From NCBI GenBank assembly GCA_016929235.1, contig JAFGJD010000002.1, positions 1-55,103 on the forward strand: DNA of 55,103 nucleotides. Reading direction: 5' to 3'. The notes beneath the pieces are model-generated. The model saw only the letters and a program-made list of their open reading frames with translations, made no database searches and was not told the DNA's origin. This DNA is from Candidatus Babeliales bacterium (GTDB lineage: Bacteria > Babelota > Babeliae > Babelales > JABCYS01). The translations under genes and the position numbers were made by a program. This document shows, piece by piece, positions 20,135-31,800 of this stretch. Within the stretch, counting starts at the first letter, position 1. The number at the start of each line of letters is the position of its first letter.

Positions 20135-20452
20135 ATGGATAATACAAAGATAAGCAGTTCTTTTATGATATTCAAAACAGAAGCTCCCGCCTACTCAGAT
20201 GCATGGATGAAATTGGTCCAAGAACTAAGTCAAGCAAATGCCCTTGATCCTAAAACGACAGCTTTGGCATATGTGTCTCTTCTTGCTGTTTTGAACTTGG
20301 AAAGTGGTATACCATTTCATGTGGTTGAAGCAAAAAAAACTGGCGCTACGAGGGAAGAAATTATTAGTGCGATCCTTTTAGGTCTTCCTTTAGCTGGTAA
20401 TCAAGTTATTAAGACTCTGCCAATTGCACTCAAAACATTTGACGAATCATAA
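20135..20452 (+). CDS. Carboxymuconolactone decarboxylase (CMD/AhpD) family protein
   Basis: ALDPKT..LAY...GIPFHV..AK..GATREEI; no CxxC; start reassigned to ATG at 20135. Confidence 0.85.
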   Translation: MDNTKISSSFMIFKTEAPAYSDAWMKLVQELSQANALDPKTTALAYVSLLAVLNLESGIPFHVVEAKKTGATREEIISAILLGLPLAGNQVIKTLPIALKTFDES

Positions 20453-20498
20453 ATCTGTAATATGGCACGCACACATTCAGCATCACATTATGGTGGTA

Positions 20499-21443
20499 TC
20501 ATTGTGACATCTTAAAGAACTCAAGATAAAAACGATCCAGTTGCGCTGATGTACCACCGTATTTTAACTGAAAATCGGCATCAACTAATTGTGCATGCGC
20601 GTCTTTAAGATGTTCATAAGTATGACGACGCCAGTCCTTATTAATAAACGAGAAGGGTAAGCGATGGGCTATCTTTTTGGCGTCGGCATTATTCTTTTGT
20701 TGTTGGAGAAAGACATAGCATGATGCACGCCAGAGCTGCTCACTCCAGAATGCTATCCAAAACTGATCTGGAAACTCATGTGACACATCCTGCCACATCG
20801 CTAAAAATTGTTGCTTATTTTTCCCGAAGAAATATTCACTCAACCGAAATAATGAGTGATCTGGTATGAGAATTTTTTCGAGCCACTGTTCAAAAAAATC
20901 AGATGATTTTGAGCCTACCACCGCTTGATACTGCATCATGATACACGCCTGGTCAAGCACAAGTGTACCACTAATCCGAAACAACCGGCCTGTAAACGTC
21001 TTGTTTTCTCGAGAATTGGGATAGAGCCATGCCCGAAGCTGGTCATAATCTTGCATCGTAACTGATTCTGGAAACAAGAACGCTTCCACAGATTGGGATG
21101 CATTTAATTCCTGAGCATCCTTCGTAAAACATATCACAATATGCGGACCGGTATACAATGCAAAGTACTTCTGCCAAAACATTCTCTTTTTAGCATCAAG
21201 CGCATCCAGTGATCCACACCAGTAGACAATCGTTTGTCCCAGGAAACTCATATCCAATTTCGAAATGATAGAAGCCGTTTCGGCAGATTCAAGATCAAGA
21301 CGTTGAACCTGATGCCCACTGATCCTTTTCCAATGTCTCAACATAAGACTAACAAAAACGGGGCAATATTGTTCAGAAGAAAGAACAAGGACCGATGCGT
21401 CACTCGCGGATGGTTGATTGAGTTTTTGTACCAGTACATTCAT
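20499..21443 (-). CDS. holA: Probable DNA polymerase III delta subunit (divergent)
   Basis: Size and HolA-like layout, SFLG after the N-terminal domain, F.L...FF collar segment, C-terminal D.QLK.G. Confidence 0.55.
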   Translation of the reverse strand: MNVLVQKLNQPSASDASVLVLSSEQYCPVFVSLMLRHWKRISGHQVQRLDLESAETASIISKLDMSFLGQTIVYWCGSLDALDAKKRMFWQKYFALYTGPHIVICFTKDAQELNASQSVEAFLFPESVTMQDYDQLRAWLYPNSRENKTFTGRLFRISGTLVLDQACIMMQYQAVVGSKSSDFFEQWLEKILIPDHSLFRLSEYFFGKNKQQFLAMWQDVSHEFPDQFWIAFWSEQLWRASCYVFLQQQKNNADAKKIAHRLPFSFINKDWRRHTYEHLKDAHAQLVDADFQLKYGGTSAQLDRFYLEFFKMSQ

Positions 21444-22203
21444 TGTGAACTTCTTTGATAGCGGATAATTCTTTAGCATCTGAATTCATATCGACGTATG
21501 CAAAGATATCACGTACGCCCTTAATGGCCAAAATACGCATGGCATCGAAGTGCTCCCAAGAGATTGGCTTTGACTCTGATGTTCCCTGAATCTCAATCAC
21601 ATCACCAGATCGCGTCAACACAAAATTAAAATCAGCGCTAAGCGCCATATCTTCACAACAATCTAAATCGAGATAACAAGTAGCACCTGATACTCCAACC
21701 GAGATTGCGGCGATATCATCCTTCAATACATTCTCTTCCAATGCACCCTTAGCAACCAAATTAGTGACAGCATGTCGCAGTGCTAGATATGCACCTGTAA
21801 TGCTTGCTGTACGCGTACCACCATCAGCTTGCATCACATCACAATCAATAAAAAATGTCCGCTCTCCAAGAAGATCAAGTCTCACGACAGACCGTAATGC
21901 TCTCCCAATAATTCGCGAAATTTCCACAGAGCGGCCATTTCGCTTCATTGCACTAGAATCACGCTGTGTACGCACTGGCGTTGCTGCTGGCAGCATAGCA
22001 TATTCAGCAGTTACCCATCCTTGATTTTTGCCTTTGAGAAACGGAGGAACGGATGTTTGGAGCTTAGCAGAACACAAAATTTTGGTACCCCCAAGCTGGT
22101 ACAAAACGGAACCATCGGCATACGTATAGACACCGTACCTAATGGAAAGAGGTCGGAGCTGATCGCATGCTCTGCCATCAGCTCTCGCAACACTATGAAA
22201 CAT
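21400..22203 (-). CDS. rph: Ribonuclease PH
   Basis: R.DGR...QLRP, GWVTAEYAMLP, EISRIIGRALR, ADGGTRTASITG, EIQGT. Confidence 0.96.
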   Translation of the reverse strand: MFHSVARADGRACDQLRPLSIRYGVYTYADGSVLYQLGGTKILCSAKLQTSVPPFLKGKNQGWVTAEYAMLPAATPVRTQRDSSAMKRNGRSVEISRIIGRALRSVVRLDLLGERTFFIDCDVMQADGGTRTASITGAYLALRHAVTNLVAKGALEENVLKDDIAAISVGVSGATCYLDLDCCEDMALSADFNFVLTRSGDVIEIQGTSESKPISWEHFDAMRILAIKGVRDIFAYVDMNSDAKELSAIKEVHNECTGTKTQSTIRE

Positions 22204-24284
22204 TATTCAACCAGTTTTAACCTGATACGTCCTGAAACTTCATCATAATCCAAGACCTCAACCGTCACAGCGTCTTCAGGTTGTAACGTCTTAAAGATAT
22301 CTTGCTGCTTATGACGAGGAATCGTGGAAATATGTACTAAGCCATCTTGGCCAGGAGCTAACTCAACAAAGATACCAAAATCAGCAAATCGCTTAATGAT
22401 ACCAGGGTAATGCCGCCCAACCTCAATGATGCCACCAAGAATCTTAACCCAGCTGACTGCTTGATCAAGTTTTAGGCCTGGCTGACCAAAAATCTTCACC
22501 GTACCATCGTCTTCGATATCCACCGAACATGATGTCTTTTCGATGATGTCACGAATCACCGAACCGCCTTTACCAATCACAGCACCAATCTTATCAGTTG
22601 GAATCTTGAATGAAACCACCTTTGGCACCATGTCAGAAAGTTCCGGATTCGGCTTAGTCATGACCTTACGCATCTCACCAAGGATATGCTCACGGCCACG
22701 TTTTGCCTGTGCTAAAGCACGCTCAAAAACTTCACGGGGCAATCCACCTTTATACTTGATATCCATTTGGATAGCAGTAATACCAGCGTCGGTACCTGTT
22801 ACCTTAAAATCCATCAATCCAAATGCATCTTCAATACCAGCAATATCAGTCAATGCTTGGAAATCACCCTTAGGGCTTCGAAGAAGTCCCATCGCTATCC
22901 CACTGACCATTGCCCTGATAGGAACACCGGCGTGCATTAACGCCATGGTAGAACCACAGGTGGTTGCCATGGATGTTGAGCCATCCGACTCCAACATATC
23001 GGCGACCAAGCGAATGGTATACGGGAATTCTTCTTCTGAAGGCAAAACTGCCTTGAGTGCAGACGCGGCCAAAAATCCGTGACCAATTTCACGACGGCCC
23101 GGACCACGTTGTGGGCGAACTTCTCCAACCGAAAAGGGAGGGAAATTGTAATGGAGCATAAAATTACGTTCCACCGTATCACCCATCAATTCTTCTACGC
23201 GCTGTTCATCTTGGCCACTACCAAGCGTAGCTGTTACTAATGCTTGGGTACGACCACGGGTAAACAATGCAGATCCATGGGTCGCTGGAAGTAATCCAAC
23301 TTCTACAGAGATCTTACGAACCGCTTCAAAGTCACGACCATCAAGACGCTGCTTCTTTTCAAACATCGCATCTGTCAGGGCCTTACTTAGAGCTTTTTCG
23401 AACACATTTTCAAGCACTTTTTTGGATATTTCTGCACCCTCAACTGCTACTTTATGTTCTATTAAGAATTCATCTTTCAATTGAGAGATATACTCTCCAC
23501 GTTCAATTTTGTCAGCAATAAACGCACCATGCGCTCGTGCTGGTGTAATAAAATCTTGTGCTTTCTTTGTCCACACATTCCAGTCGAAACCGTTCTCTGC
23601 TTGTTCTTTCTCAACACCAACAGCTTTCCTGATTTCTTCTTGCCATGAGATCTGTTTTTGTATTACCTCATGGGCTTCAAAGAAAAGATCCACAAGATCA
23701 GATTCTGAGATTTCGTGCATATTCCCTTCTACCATGCATAACCCATCTTTGGTTCCTGCAATCAAAATCTTGGAATCAGCAATCAAAGATTGGTCGTATG
23801 TTGGGCGTTGAACCCACTTACCATCAACCCGGGCCATTTCTACAAGACCAACCGGCTCCAAGAGAGGAATCTTAGAGATGGTCAATGCAATCGATGTAGC
23901 AAGAAATGCAAGGACTGTCGGTGGATTTTCTTTATCGGCTGAGTAGACCGTATTCAAAACCTGGACACTATTAAAGTAATCTTCCGGAAATAAAGGACGA
24001 ATTGCACGATCAATCAAACGACCGGTCAAGACTTCTTTATCGGTAAATTTACCTTCACGTTTAAAATAACCTCCAGGTATTTTTCCTGCCGATGAAAAAT
24101 ACTCACGATAATCAACGGTAAGCGGTAAAAATCCTGGAAACTCTTGAGCTTTTGCAGAAGTTGCTGTTGCTAAAACAACCGTGCCACCTTGTTTTACCCA
24201 GGCAGCCCCATCAGCTTGATTGGCAAACTTACCAATCTCAACTTCAAGACCAAGCTCCTTTAATTCAAATTTTCTATCTTTCAT
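22203..24284 (-). CDS. pnp: Polyribonucleotide nucleotidyltransferase
   Basis: FLPLTVDY, RLIDR.IRPLF, RREIGHG, MDFKV.GT..GITA.QMDIK; KH and S1 domains. Confidence 0.98.
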   Translation of the reverse strand: MKDRKFELKELGLEVEIGKFANQADGAAWVKQGGTVVLATATSAKAQEFPGFLPLTVDYREYFSSAGKIPGGYFKREGKFTDKEVLTGRLIDRAIRPLFPEDYFNSVQVLNTVYSADKENPPTVLAFLATSIALTISKIPLLEPVGLVEMARVDGKWVQRPTYDQSLIADSKILIAGTKDGLCMVEGNMHEISESDLVDLFFEAHEVIQKQISWQEEIRKAVGVEKEQAENGFDWNVWTKKAQDFITPARAHGAFIADKIERGEYISQLKDEFLIEHKVAVEGAEISKKVLENVFEKALSKALTDAMFEKKQRLDGRDFEAVRKISVEVGLLPATHGSALFTRGRTQALVTATLGSGQDEQRVEELMGDTVERNFMLHYNFPPFSVGEVRPQRGPGRREIGHGFLAASALKAVLPSEEEFPYTIRLVADMLESDGSTSMATTCGSTMALMHAGVPIRAMVSGIAMGLLRSPKGDFQALTDIAGIEDAFGLMDFKVTGTDAGITAIQMDIKYKGGLPREVFERALAQAKRGREHILGEMRKVMTKPNPELSDMVPKVVSFKIPTDKIGAVIGKGGSVIRDIIEKTSCSVDIEDDGTVKIFGQPGLKLDQAVSWVKILGGIIEVGRHYPGIIKRFADFGIFVELAPGQDGLVHISTIPRHKQQDIFKTLQPEDAVTVEVLDYDEVSGRIRLKLVE

Positions 24285-24315
24285 TCTTATAAACCTATAT
24301 AACGCTCAGAGCGAG

Positions 24316-24597
24316 TTACAGAGCTTTTTGTCTAATACCCAACTCTTGTACTAATTTATCAAATAACTTTCTATCCTTTTTTTGCAAGTAGCCGAGAAAT
24401 CTCTTACGACGAGCAACTTTTTGGAGAAGACCACGCTTGGAATCGTAATCTTTAGGAAACAATTTAAAATGCTCCGTTAAGCGATCAATTTCATGGCTCA
24501 AACGAATCACTTGTACCTCGACTGAACCGGTGTCATCATCGTGCTTCTTTACTTTACCAAGAAGTGCATCCTGTGCGGTATTCTCTTTGCTTAACAT
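24316..24597 (-). CDS. rpsO: 30S ribosomal protein S15
   Basis: DTGS.EVQV..L...I..L..H....PKD..SKRGL. Confidence 0.97.
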   Translation of the reverse strand: MLSKENTAQDALLGKVKKHDDDTGSVEVQVIRLSHEIDRLTEHFKLFPKDYDSKRGLLQKVARRKRFLGYLQKKDRKLFDKLVQELGIRQKAL

Positions 24598-24648
24598 GGC
24601 ATTTCCATCCTATACAATTATCACCTAATTCCTTATCTTCCATTCTTC

Positions 24649-24723
24649 TGGTAGGCGCGAGCGGGATTGAACCGCTGACCCCTGCTACGTCAAAGCAGTG
24701 CTCTACCACTGAGCTACGCGCCT
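24649..24723 (-). tRNA. tRNA-Val(GAC)
   Basis: Reverse complement folds as a cloverleaf; anticodon arm ctgct-ttGACgt-agcag; T-loop GGTTCAATCC; encoded CCA. Confidence 0.95.
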
Positions 24724-24738
24724 CCAATCATCTCTACG

Positions 24739-27700
24739 CTAATCAGATACTGACGGCTCTTGGCGATCTATGATCTCCCGCTCTCTAGCCTCAGCCTCAA
24801 TGGCCTTCTGCTCGAGCTCAGGAGTATCGTCACCGAGAAACTTCTTCCTGAAGCTATCAATGCCGGTACCCGCTGGTATCATCTTACCAATAATAATGTT
24901 TTCTTTTAAGCCGTAGAGATAATCTACCTGCCCAGCTACTGCTGCCGAGGCCAAAATACGAGTAGTTTCCTGGAAGGATGCCGCTGAGAAGAAGCTTTCC
25001 GTACCCAAGGATGCCATCGTAATACCCATCAACATTGGTTTTGCCGTTGCAGGTCGTTTGCCCTCAGCCTTCAAGAGTGCATTTACAGTCTTAAAGTGAA
25101 TCTTATCCACCCTATCACCGATCAAGAAGTCGGTATCACCTGCATCAACAACCCTGACCTTACGGAGCATCTGGCGAACAATCAACTCAACATGACGATC
25201 GTTAATATTGATGCCCTGGAGGCTGTAAATTGCCTGAATCTGGTTCACAAGATACTTCTGAACCTTATCTGGACCAAGAATACGCAATATATCATGAAGC
25301 ACTGGCTGTCCAACCGTCAATTGGTCACCTGCACTTACGCGATCACCATTAACTACGTTTAGCTGCTTGCCACGAGGAATGAGATAGTCATAGGTTTCGG
25401 CACCGGAGACAACCGAGATCTTTCTCATGCCACGATGCATACCGCCAAAGACAACTTCACCATCAATATCAGAAAGCATTGCAGGTTCCTTCGGAACGCG
25501 AGCTTCAAAAAGCTCTGCAATACGAGGCAAACTACCGGTCACGTCCTTCGTTCTAGACTGTTCACGAGGCATCTTTACTAGGGTATCACCAACATGGACC
25601 TTGCTACCGTCTTCTGCAACGAGGTATGCACCCGTTGGGAGATAATAATGCGCAATCGTTTGGCCATATTCATCCAGAACGCTCAGTGCTGGCTGATAGG
25701 TATCACCCTTATGGTCAAGGACAATCTTGCTAATCGTTTTGGATCCCTCATCCTGTTTATCCTGAACAGTTACATTATCAACTAAATCAACGTATTTGAT
25801 CGTTCCAGAATGTTCCGTGATAATCACCTTATTGTGAGCATCCCATTCTGCGATCTTGGTATTTTCCTTAACTTCTTGTTTATCATGTACAAACAAGGTG
25901 GAACCATATTCGACGCCGTATTCCTGTAATTCACGACCATCTTTAGAAATAATAGCAACACTTGCCTTACGGCTCATAATGACATTTTTGCCTTCACGAT
26001 TTTTCACCGTACGTGCACGACGTAATTCGATGATTCCGGCCCCTTTGGCTTCGATCGATGAACGCTCAGCCATACCACTCGCAATACCACCAACGTGGAA
26101 TGTTCTCATGGTTAACTGCGTTCCTGGCTCACCAATAGATTGTGCCGCAATAATACCAACCGTTGCACCAACATCCACGAGATCACCAGTTGACAAGTCC
26201 ATACCATAACAATGCGCACATACACCACGCTTTGCCTGACAGCTAAGTACTGATCGTACCAGCACCTTAGATACTGAAGATTCCTTCATCACTTCAACAT
26301 CTTCACGTGTCATCAGATGACCTTGTTTAAAGAGAAGATCTCCTGTGACAGAATCACGAACATCTGCCGCAAGCACACGACCATACAATCTCAATGCAAG
26401 AGGATAAAGGACCTCCCCTGATTCCTTGAGATCTTCAATTTCAACATATCCAAGCGTCTTACAATCCTTGGAGGTTATTACAACGTCCTGCGCAACATCC
26501 ACCAAACGACGGGTCAGATATCCCGAGTTTGCAGTCTTCAATGCCGTATCAGCCTGACCCTTACGAGCACTGTGTGTCGAAATAAAGTATTCAAACACAC
26601 TTAATCCGTCCTTGAAGTTGGAGAGAACAGGTGTTTCCATAATTTCACCGGATGGCTTTGCCATCAGACCACGCATACCAACCAGCTGTTTGATCTGGTC
26701 ACGCGAACCACGAGCTCCAGATTCTAGAAACATGAAGATTGGATTAAATGGCTTCATCTTGCCATCTTTATTTGCAAATGCTATCTCATTCTGTCTGGAG
26801 AGATCGTCCATCATATCTTTAGCAACGTCGGCAGTAGCTTGGAACCATGTTCCAATCACCTTGTTGTAACGCTCACCGTTGGTAATCGCACCATCCATGT
26901 ATAAACGTTCAACTTTATGGACTTCTTGCTCTGCCCGCTCAATAATCTCATTCTTGTGATCAGGAACGAGTAAATCTTCCATGTTAAATGAAATACCACC
27001 CTGGGTGGAGTAGAAGAATCCAAGCTTCTTTAACTTATCCAAGAAAACAATGGTCGCTTCACGTCCGAATTGGTAATAGGTATTTTCCACCAATTTAGCC
27101 AAGTCAGTCTTACGAACAACCTTATTAACCCATGAGAAGGGAGCCCCCTGTGGCAAAGTGTCATAGAGCAATGCACGACCAACCGTTGTATCAACCATAC
27201 CTTGCTCTGAAACACGAACCTTGATTTTTGCATGCAATGCAACGGCACCACGCTGGAATGCCGCAATCAGTTCGTCAAGACTAGAGAAGACAAGCCCTTC
27301 ACCTTTGGATCCATTACGGATCTTAGTTATATAGTGAAGCCCAAGCACCATGTCCTGAGATGGAACCATGACTGGTCGACCATGTGCAGGAGACAGAAGA
27401 TTCTTAGCCGATAAAATAATCTTTTCAGATTCAAGCTGGGCCTGCTTACTTAGTGGTACATGTACAGCCATCTGATCACCGTCAAAGTCAGCATTGAATG
27501 CAGAGCAAACGAGAGGGTGAATCGTAATAGCCTTACCATCTACCAAAACTGGCCTAAATGCCTGAATACCCAAGCGGTGGAGCGTTGGGGCACGGTTAAG
27601 TAACACAGTTCGATCTCGAACTACATCCTCCAATACATCCCAGACAACTGGCTCACCATCTTGGACCATTTTCTTAGCAACACGCATATTCGGAGCAAGT

Positions 27701-28872
27701 TCACGAAGTAAGAGCTCGGCATAAATGTATGACTTAAAGAGCTCAAGCGCCATCAACTTGGGAACACCACACTGATCAATGTGAAGTTCTGGGTCAACCA
27801 CAATGACAGAACGGCCAGAATAGTCGACACGCTTACCAAGCAAGTTCTGTCTAAAGCGACCCTGCTTACCACGAAGCATTTCACTCAAGGATTTGAGTGG
27901 ACGACGATTCGTTCCTCGTACAGGCTGTCCACGTCTTCCATTATCAATTAACGCATCAACCGCTTCTTGCAGCATGCGCTTTTCATTTTTAATAATCACC
28001 GCCGGAGCTTCAATTTCATACAAACGTTGTAAACGAATGTTTCTATTGAGAACGCGACGATATAACTCGTTCAAGTCAGAGCTTGCAAAGCGCCCCCCTT
28101 CAAGTGGTACCAGTGGACGCAAATCTGGCGGCAAAACAGGAAGCACTGAAAGCACCATCCAGTCAGGACTCAAATTTGCTTGTGAAAGCTCTGAGAAAAT
28201 TTTTATACGACGCATGATCTTGAGACGCGCAGCAACAGATGCTGTCTTCTTGTATTCTTCTTCAAGCATCGTCATCTCAAGATTTAAATCGATCATCGAC
28301 AAAATTGACTTGATTGATTCCGCTCCACTGTCAGCCTTAAAATCAACATCATCTTCACGAGTCTCAACATAGGTTTCATACTCATTGTTGGTTAACAAGG
28401 TTTTACGTGGATATGGAGATTTACCTTGATGAATTACAATGTAACAATCAAAGTAAATCACACGTTCTATATCTTTTACAGGCATATCCAAGATCAAACT
28501 GAGATAACTTGGTATACCTTTCAAATACCAGATATGAGCAACGGGAGCAACAAGCTCTATGTGCCCCATACGTTCACGACGAACGCGAGATTGAATCACT
28601 TCAACACCGCACTTTTCACAGGTAACACCACGGTGCTTCATGCGTTTATACTTTCCGCAATTACACTCCCAGTCTTTCTGTGGACCAAAGATACGTGCAC
28701 AGAATAGCCCGTCGCGTTCTGGTTTCAGCGTACGATAATTGATAGTTTCAATCTTCTTAACTTCACCATAGGAAAGCGACTTAATCTTTTCTGGAGAAGC
28801 TAAACCAATACGAATAGCGTTAAACTGCGATGCGCCAATATATTCTTTGAAGCGCTCTAGAAACTTATTCAC
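24739..28872 (-). CDS. rpoC: RNA polymerase beta' subunit
   Basis: NADFDGD active-site motif, N-terminal zinc finger, large SI3-type insertion in the trigger loop. Confidence 0.99.
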   Translation of the reverse strand: MNKFLERFKEYIGASQFNAIRIGLASPEKIKSLSYGEVKKIETINYRTLKPERDGLFCARIFGPQKDWECNCGKYKRMKHRGVTCEKCGVEVIQSRVRRERMGHIELVAPVAHIWYLKGIPSYLSLILDMPVKDIERVIYFDCYIVIHQGKSPYPRKTLLTNNEYETYVETREDDVDFKADSGAESIKSILSMIDLNLEMTMLEEEYKKTASVAARLKIMRRIKIFSELSQANLSPDWMVLSVLPVLPPDLRPLVPLEGGRFASSDLNELYRRVLNRNIRLQRLYEIEAPAVIIKNEKRMLQEAVDALIDNGRRGQPVRGTNRRPLKSLSEMLRGKQGRFRQNLLGKRVDYSGRSVIVVDPELHIDQCGVPKLMALELFKSYIYAELLLRELAPNMRVAKKMVQDGEPVVWDVLEDVVRDRTVLLNRAPTLHRLGIQAFRPVLVDGKAITIHPLVCSAFNADFDGDQMAVHVPLSKQAQLESEKIILSAKNLLSPAHGRPVMVPSQDMVLGLHYITKIRNGSKGEGLVFSSLDELIAAFQRGAVALHAKIKVRVSEQGMVDTTVGRALLYDTLPQGAPFSWVNKVVRKTDLAKLVENTYYQFGREATIVFLDKLKKLGFFYSTQGGISFNMEDLLVPDHKNEIIERAEQEVHKVERLYMDGAITNGERYNKVIGTWFQATADVAKDMMDDLSRQNEIAFANKDGKMKPFNPIFMFLESGARGSRDQIKQLVGMRGLMAKPSGEIMETPVLSNFKDGLSVFEYFISTHSARKGQADTALKTANSGYLTRRLVDVAQDVVITSKDCKTLGYVEIEDLKESGEVLYPLALRLYGRVLAADVRDSVTGDLLFKQGHLMTREDVEVMKESSVSKVLVRSVLSCQAKRGVCAHCYGMDLSTGDLVDVGATVGIIAAQSIGEPGTQLTMRTFHVGGIASGMAERSSIEAKGAGIIELRRARTVKNREGKNVIMSRKASVAIISKDGRELQEYGVEYGSTLFVHDKQEVKENTKIAEWDAHNKVIITEHSGTIKYVDLVDNVTVQDKQDEGSKTISKIVLDHKGDTYQPALSVLDEYGQTIAHYYLPTGAYLVAEDGSKVHVGDTLVKMPREQSRTKDVTGSLPRIAELFEARVPKEPAMLSDIDGEVVFGGMHRGMRKISVVSGAETYDYLIPRGKQLNVVNGDRVSAGDQLTVGQPVLHDILRILGPDKVQKYLVNQIQAIYSLQGININDRHVELIVRQMLRKVRVVDAGDTDFLIGDRVDKIHFKTVNALLKAEGKRPATAKPMLMGITMASLGTESFFSAASFQETTRILASAAVAGQVDYLYGLKENIIIGKMIPAGTGIDSFRKKFLGDDTPELEQKAIEAEAREREIIDRQEPSVSD

Positions 28873-31800
28873 TGATTTCCTCCTTGCCAGTCTTAAACAA
28901 GTCGACTTGCAGACCTAAACTTTGAAGCTCTTTAATCAACACATTGAATGATTCTGGCAATCCTGGATCAGGGATATCCTCACCGCGAATAATCGCTTCG
29001 TACACTTTATGACGACCACTAACGTCATCAGACTTGTAAGTAAGCATTTCACGAAGAGTATGTGCCGCACCATATGCTTCTAGTGCCCACACTTCCATTT
29101 CACCAAATCGCTGTCCACCCTTTTGCGCTTTACCACCAAGTGGCTGCTGAGTAACAAGCGAATATGGTCCATCGGAACGAGCGTGAAGTTTGTCATCAAC
29201 CATGTGGCTCAATTTCATCATATAAATCGAACCAACCGTTACGGGCTGATCGAATGCCTCGCCGCTACGACCATCATAAATGATTTGTGCACCGGACTCA
29301 GGCAATGAAAGACTCTTGAGTAATGGCTGGATATCTCCTTTATATTGCGCACCATCAAAAATAGGTGTCACAAAACGTGCCCCGTCTTGTGCGGTTTGTC
29401 GCGCAAGATCCATAACCCCATCCTTACCTTGATCTTTCTCAATCTGGTCAATCAATGCCTGCCCAAAATACCGACCAAGATATGCCTTTACTGAATCATA
29501 GCTTGCATCAACAATCTGCTTTTTCATTTCTTCGCCGATGGTACGACCAGCAAATCCAAGTGCTGTTTCAAGGATTTGACCAACGTTCATACGTGATGGC
29601 ACACCAAGAGGGTTGAGCACAATGTCAACATGAGTACCATCTGCCAAATACGGCATATCTTCACGAGGAACAATAGTTGAGACAACACCCTTGTTACCAT
29701 GACGACCGGCCAACTTGTCACCGACAGAGATCGGACGCTTCATCGCAACATAAACTTTGACCATCTTGATAACACCTGATGGAAGTGGATCACCTTTTTT
29801 GAGATTATTGATGCGCTCTTCCTTCAAGCCATGCAAAATACGGAGTTGGTTATTAAAGGTATCCACAATATGATCAACCTGTTCACCAATCTCCTTAGAA
29901 CTCGGCTTACATTTTGTAAGTTCATCGAATACACACTGTTCCAGGGCAGTCTTATTAAATACTCCATCTTTGATCAGCTTCTTAGATGATCGCGCTGAAG
30001 CTTTTTGACCTACAAGCTCTTGCACAAGTTGGTCGCGCACCATGTTTTCCAAGAAAGTGCAATGATCCTGAAAATCACCTTCTATCTTCTTGGTTTGTTC
30101 TGCGACAACTTCACGGTAGCGCTTATCTTTTCGGATACCACTACGAGAGAAGATCTTCACGTCGATCACAGTACCTTCAACCCCAGGCGGCACACGCAAT
30201 GAAGTATCTCGCACTTCACGAGATTTTTCACCAAAAATAGCACGAAGTAATTTCTCTTCAGGAGAATATTGAATATCGCCCTTGAGAGTTACCTTTCCAA
30301 CAAGAATATCACCAGGAGCAACACGCGTACCAATGCGTACGATACCGTCTTCATCAAGACCAGCTAATGCTGTCTCACTGACGTTTGGAATATCACGAGT
30401 AATTTCTTCAGGGCCAAGCTTAGTATCCCGCGCCTGTACTTCATATTCATCAATATGAACAGAGGTAAGACGATCATGAGCGACAAGGCTCTTACTCAAT
30501 ACGATAGCATCCTCAAAGTTGTACCCATGCCATGGCATGAATGCAACCAGAAGATTGGTACCGAGAGCGAGCTCTCCACGATCCAACGAAGAACCATTGG
30601 TCAACACATCTCCTGCTTTGACCACGTCACCTACCTGAATAAGCGGTGTTTGATGAATCCACGTATCGTAGGAAGAACGTTCAAATTTTCTGAGATGATA
30701 AATATCAACGCCGTATGCAATCCAGTCATCAACATTATCAAATTCTTTTACATCAGCACGTATAATAATCTTGTTAGCAGATACGTACTCAACAACCCCT
30801 GCTCGACGAGCTGTTTGAACAGCACCTGATGCCTTACAAATTTCTGATTCCATACCAGTACCAACAATAGGCACTTCACACTTGATAAGCGGAACCGCCT
30901 GACGCTGCATGTTCGAACCCATGAGCGCACGCGATGCGTCATCATGTTCAAGGAATGGAATCAATGCGGTTGCAACAGACACTAATTGTTTTGGCGACAG
31001 ATCGATATAGTCGACCATATCAGCATCAACCTGCATAAAGTTTCCGTCATGACGAGCAAATACTTTTTTATCACGAATATGCTTTACTTCGTTGTCAGCA
31101 GCATCACTTTGTGTGATGTACTTATCTGATTCTTGGAATGCATCCAAAAATTCAACATCATGAAGAATATTACCGTGATCAACCTTACGATATGGAGTTT
31201 CGATAAACCCTAGATCGTTCACCATTGCATACGTTGCAAGAGAAGAAATCAAACCAATGGTTTGTCCTTCAGGCGTCTCAATCGGACAAATACGGCCGTA
31301 GTGAGACGTATGCACGTCACGAATTTCGTACGTCGCACGATCCTTCATCACACCGCCAGGCCCAAGCGCAGATAAACGACGCTTGTGCGCAATCTCAGAT
31401 AATGGATTTGTCTGATCCATAAACTGAGACAATTGGCCAGTGCCAAAGAATTCACGAATCACAGCACTCAACGGCTTAACATTGAGAAAATCCTGAGGCA
31501 TTAACGCACCATGCGCTTCTTGCATTCTGAATTTTTCACGAACAATGCGCTCTATTCGCGCAAATCCGGTATAAAATTGATTGGTTAAAAGTTCACCAAC
31601 CAAACGTATGCGACGATTTCCTAAGTGATCGATATCATCAAGCTCACCCTCTGCGCGTTCACGCAAACCGACCAAGTAACGAATAGTAGCAATGATATCT
31701 TCCATCGTTAACACAGTTGTCGTTTCAGAAATAGAAAGTCCAAGCTTTCTATTCATTCTAATACGACCAACCTTGGTCAAATCATATAAGCGTGAAAGAA

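Noticed and set aside
22543..23082. Long antisense ORFs over pnp (also over rpoB, rpoC, nusG, trpS and tdk)
   Set aside because: Shadow frames of conserved genes with no independent motifs
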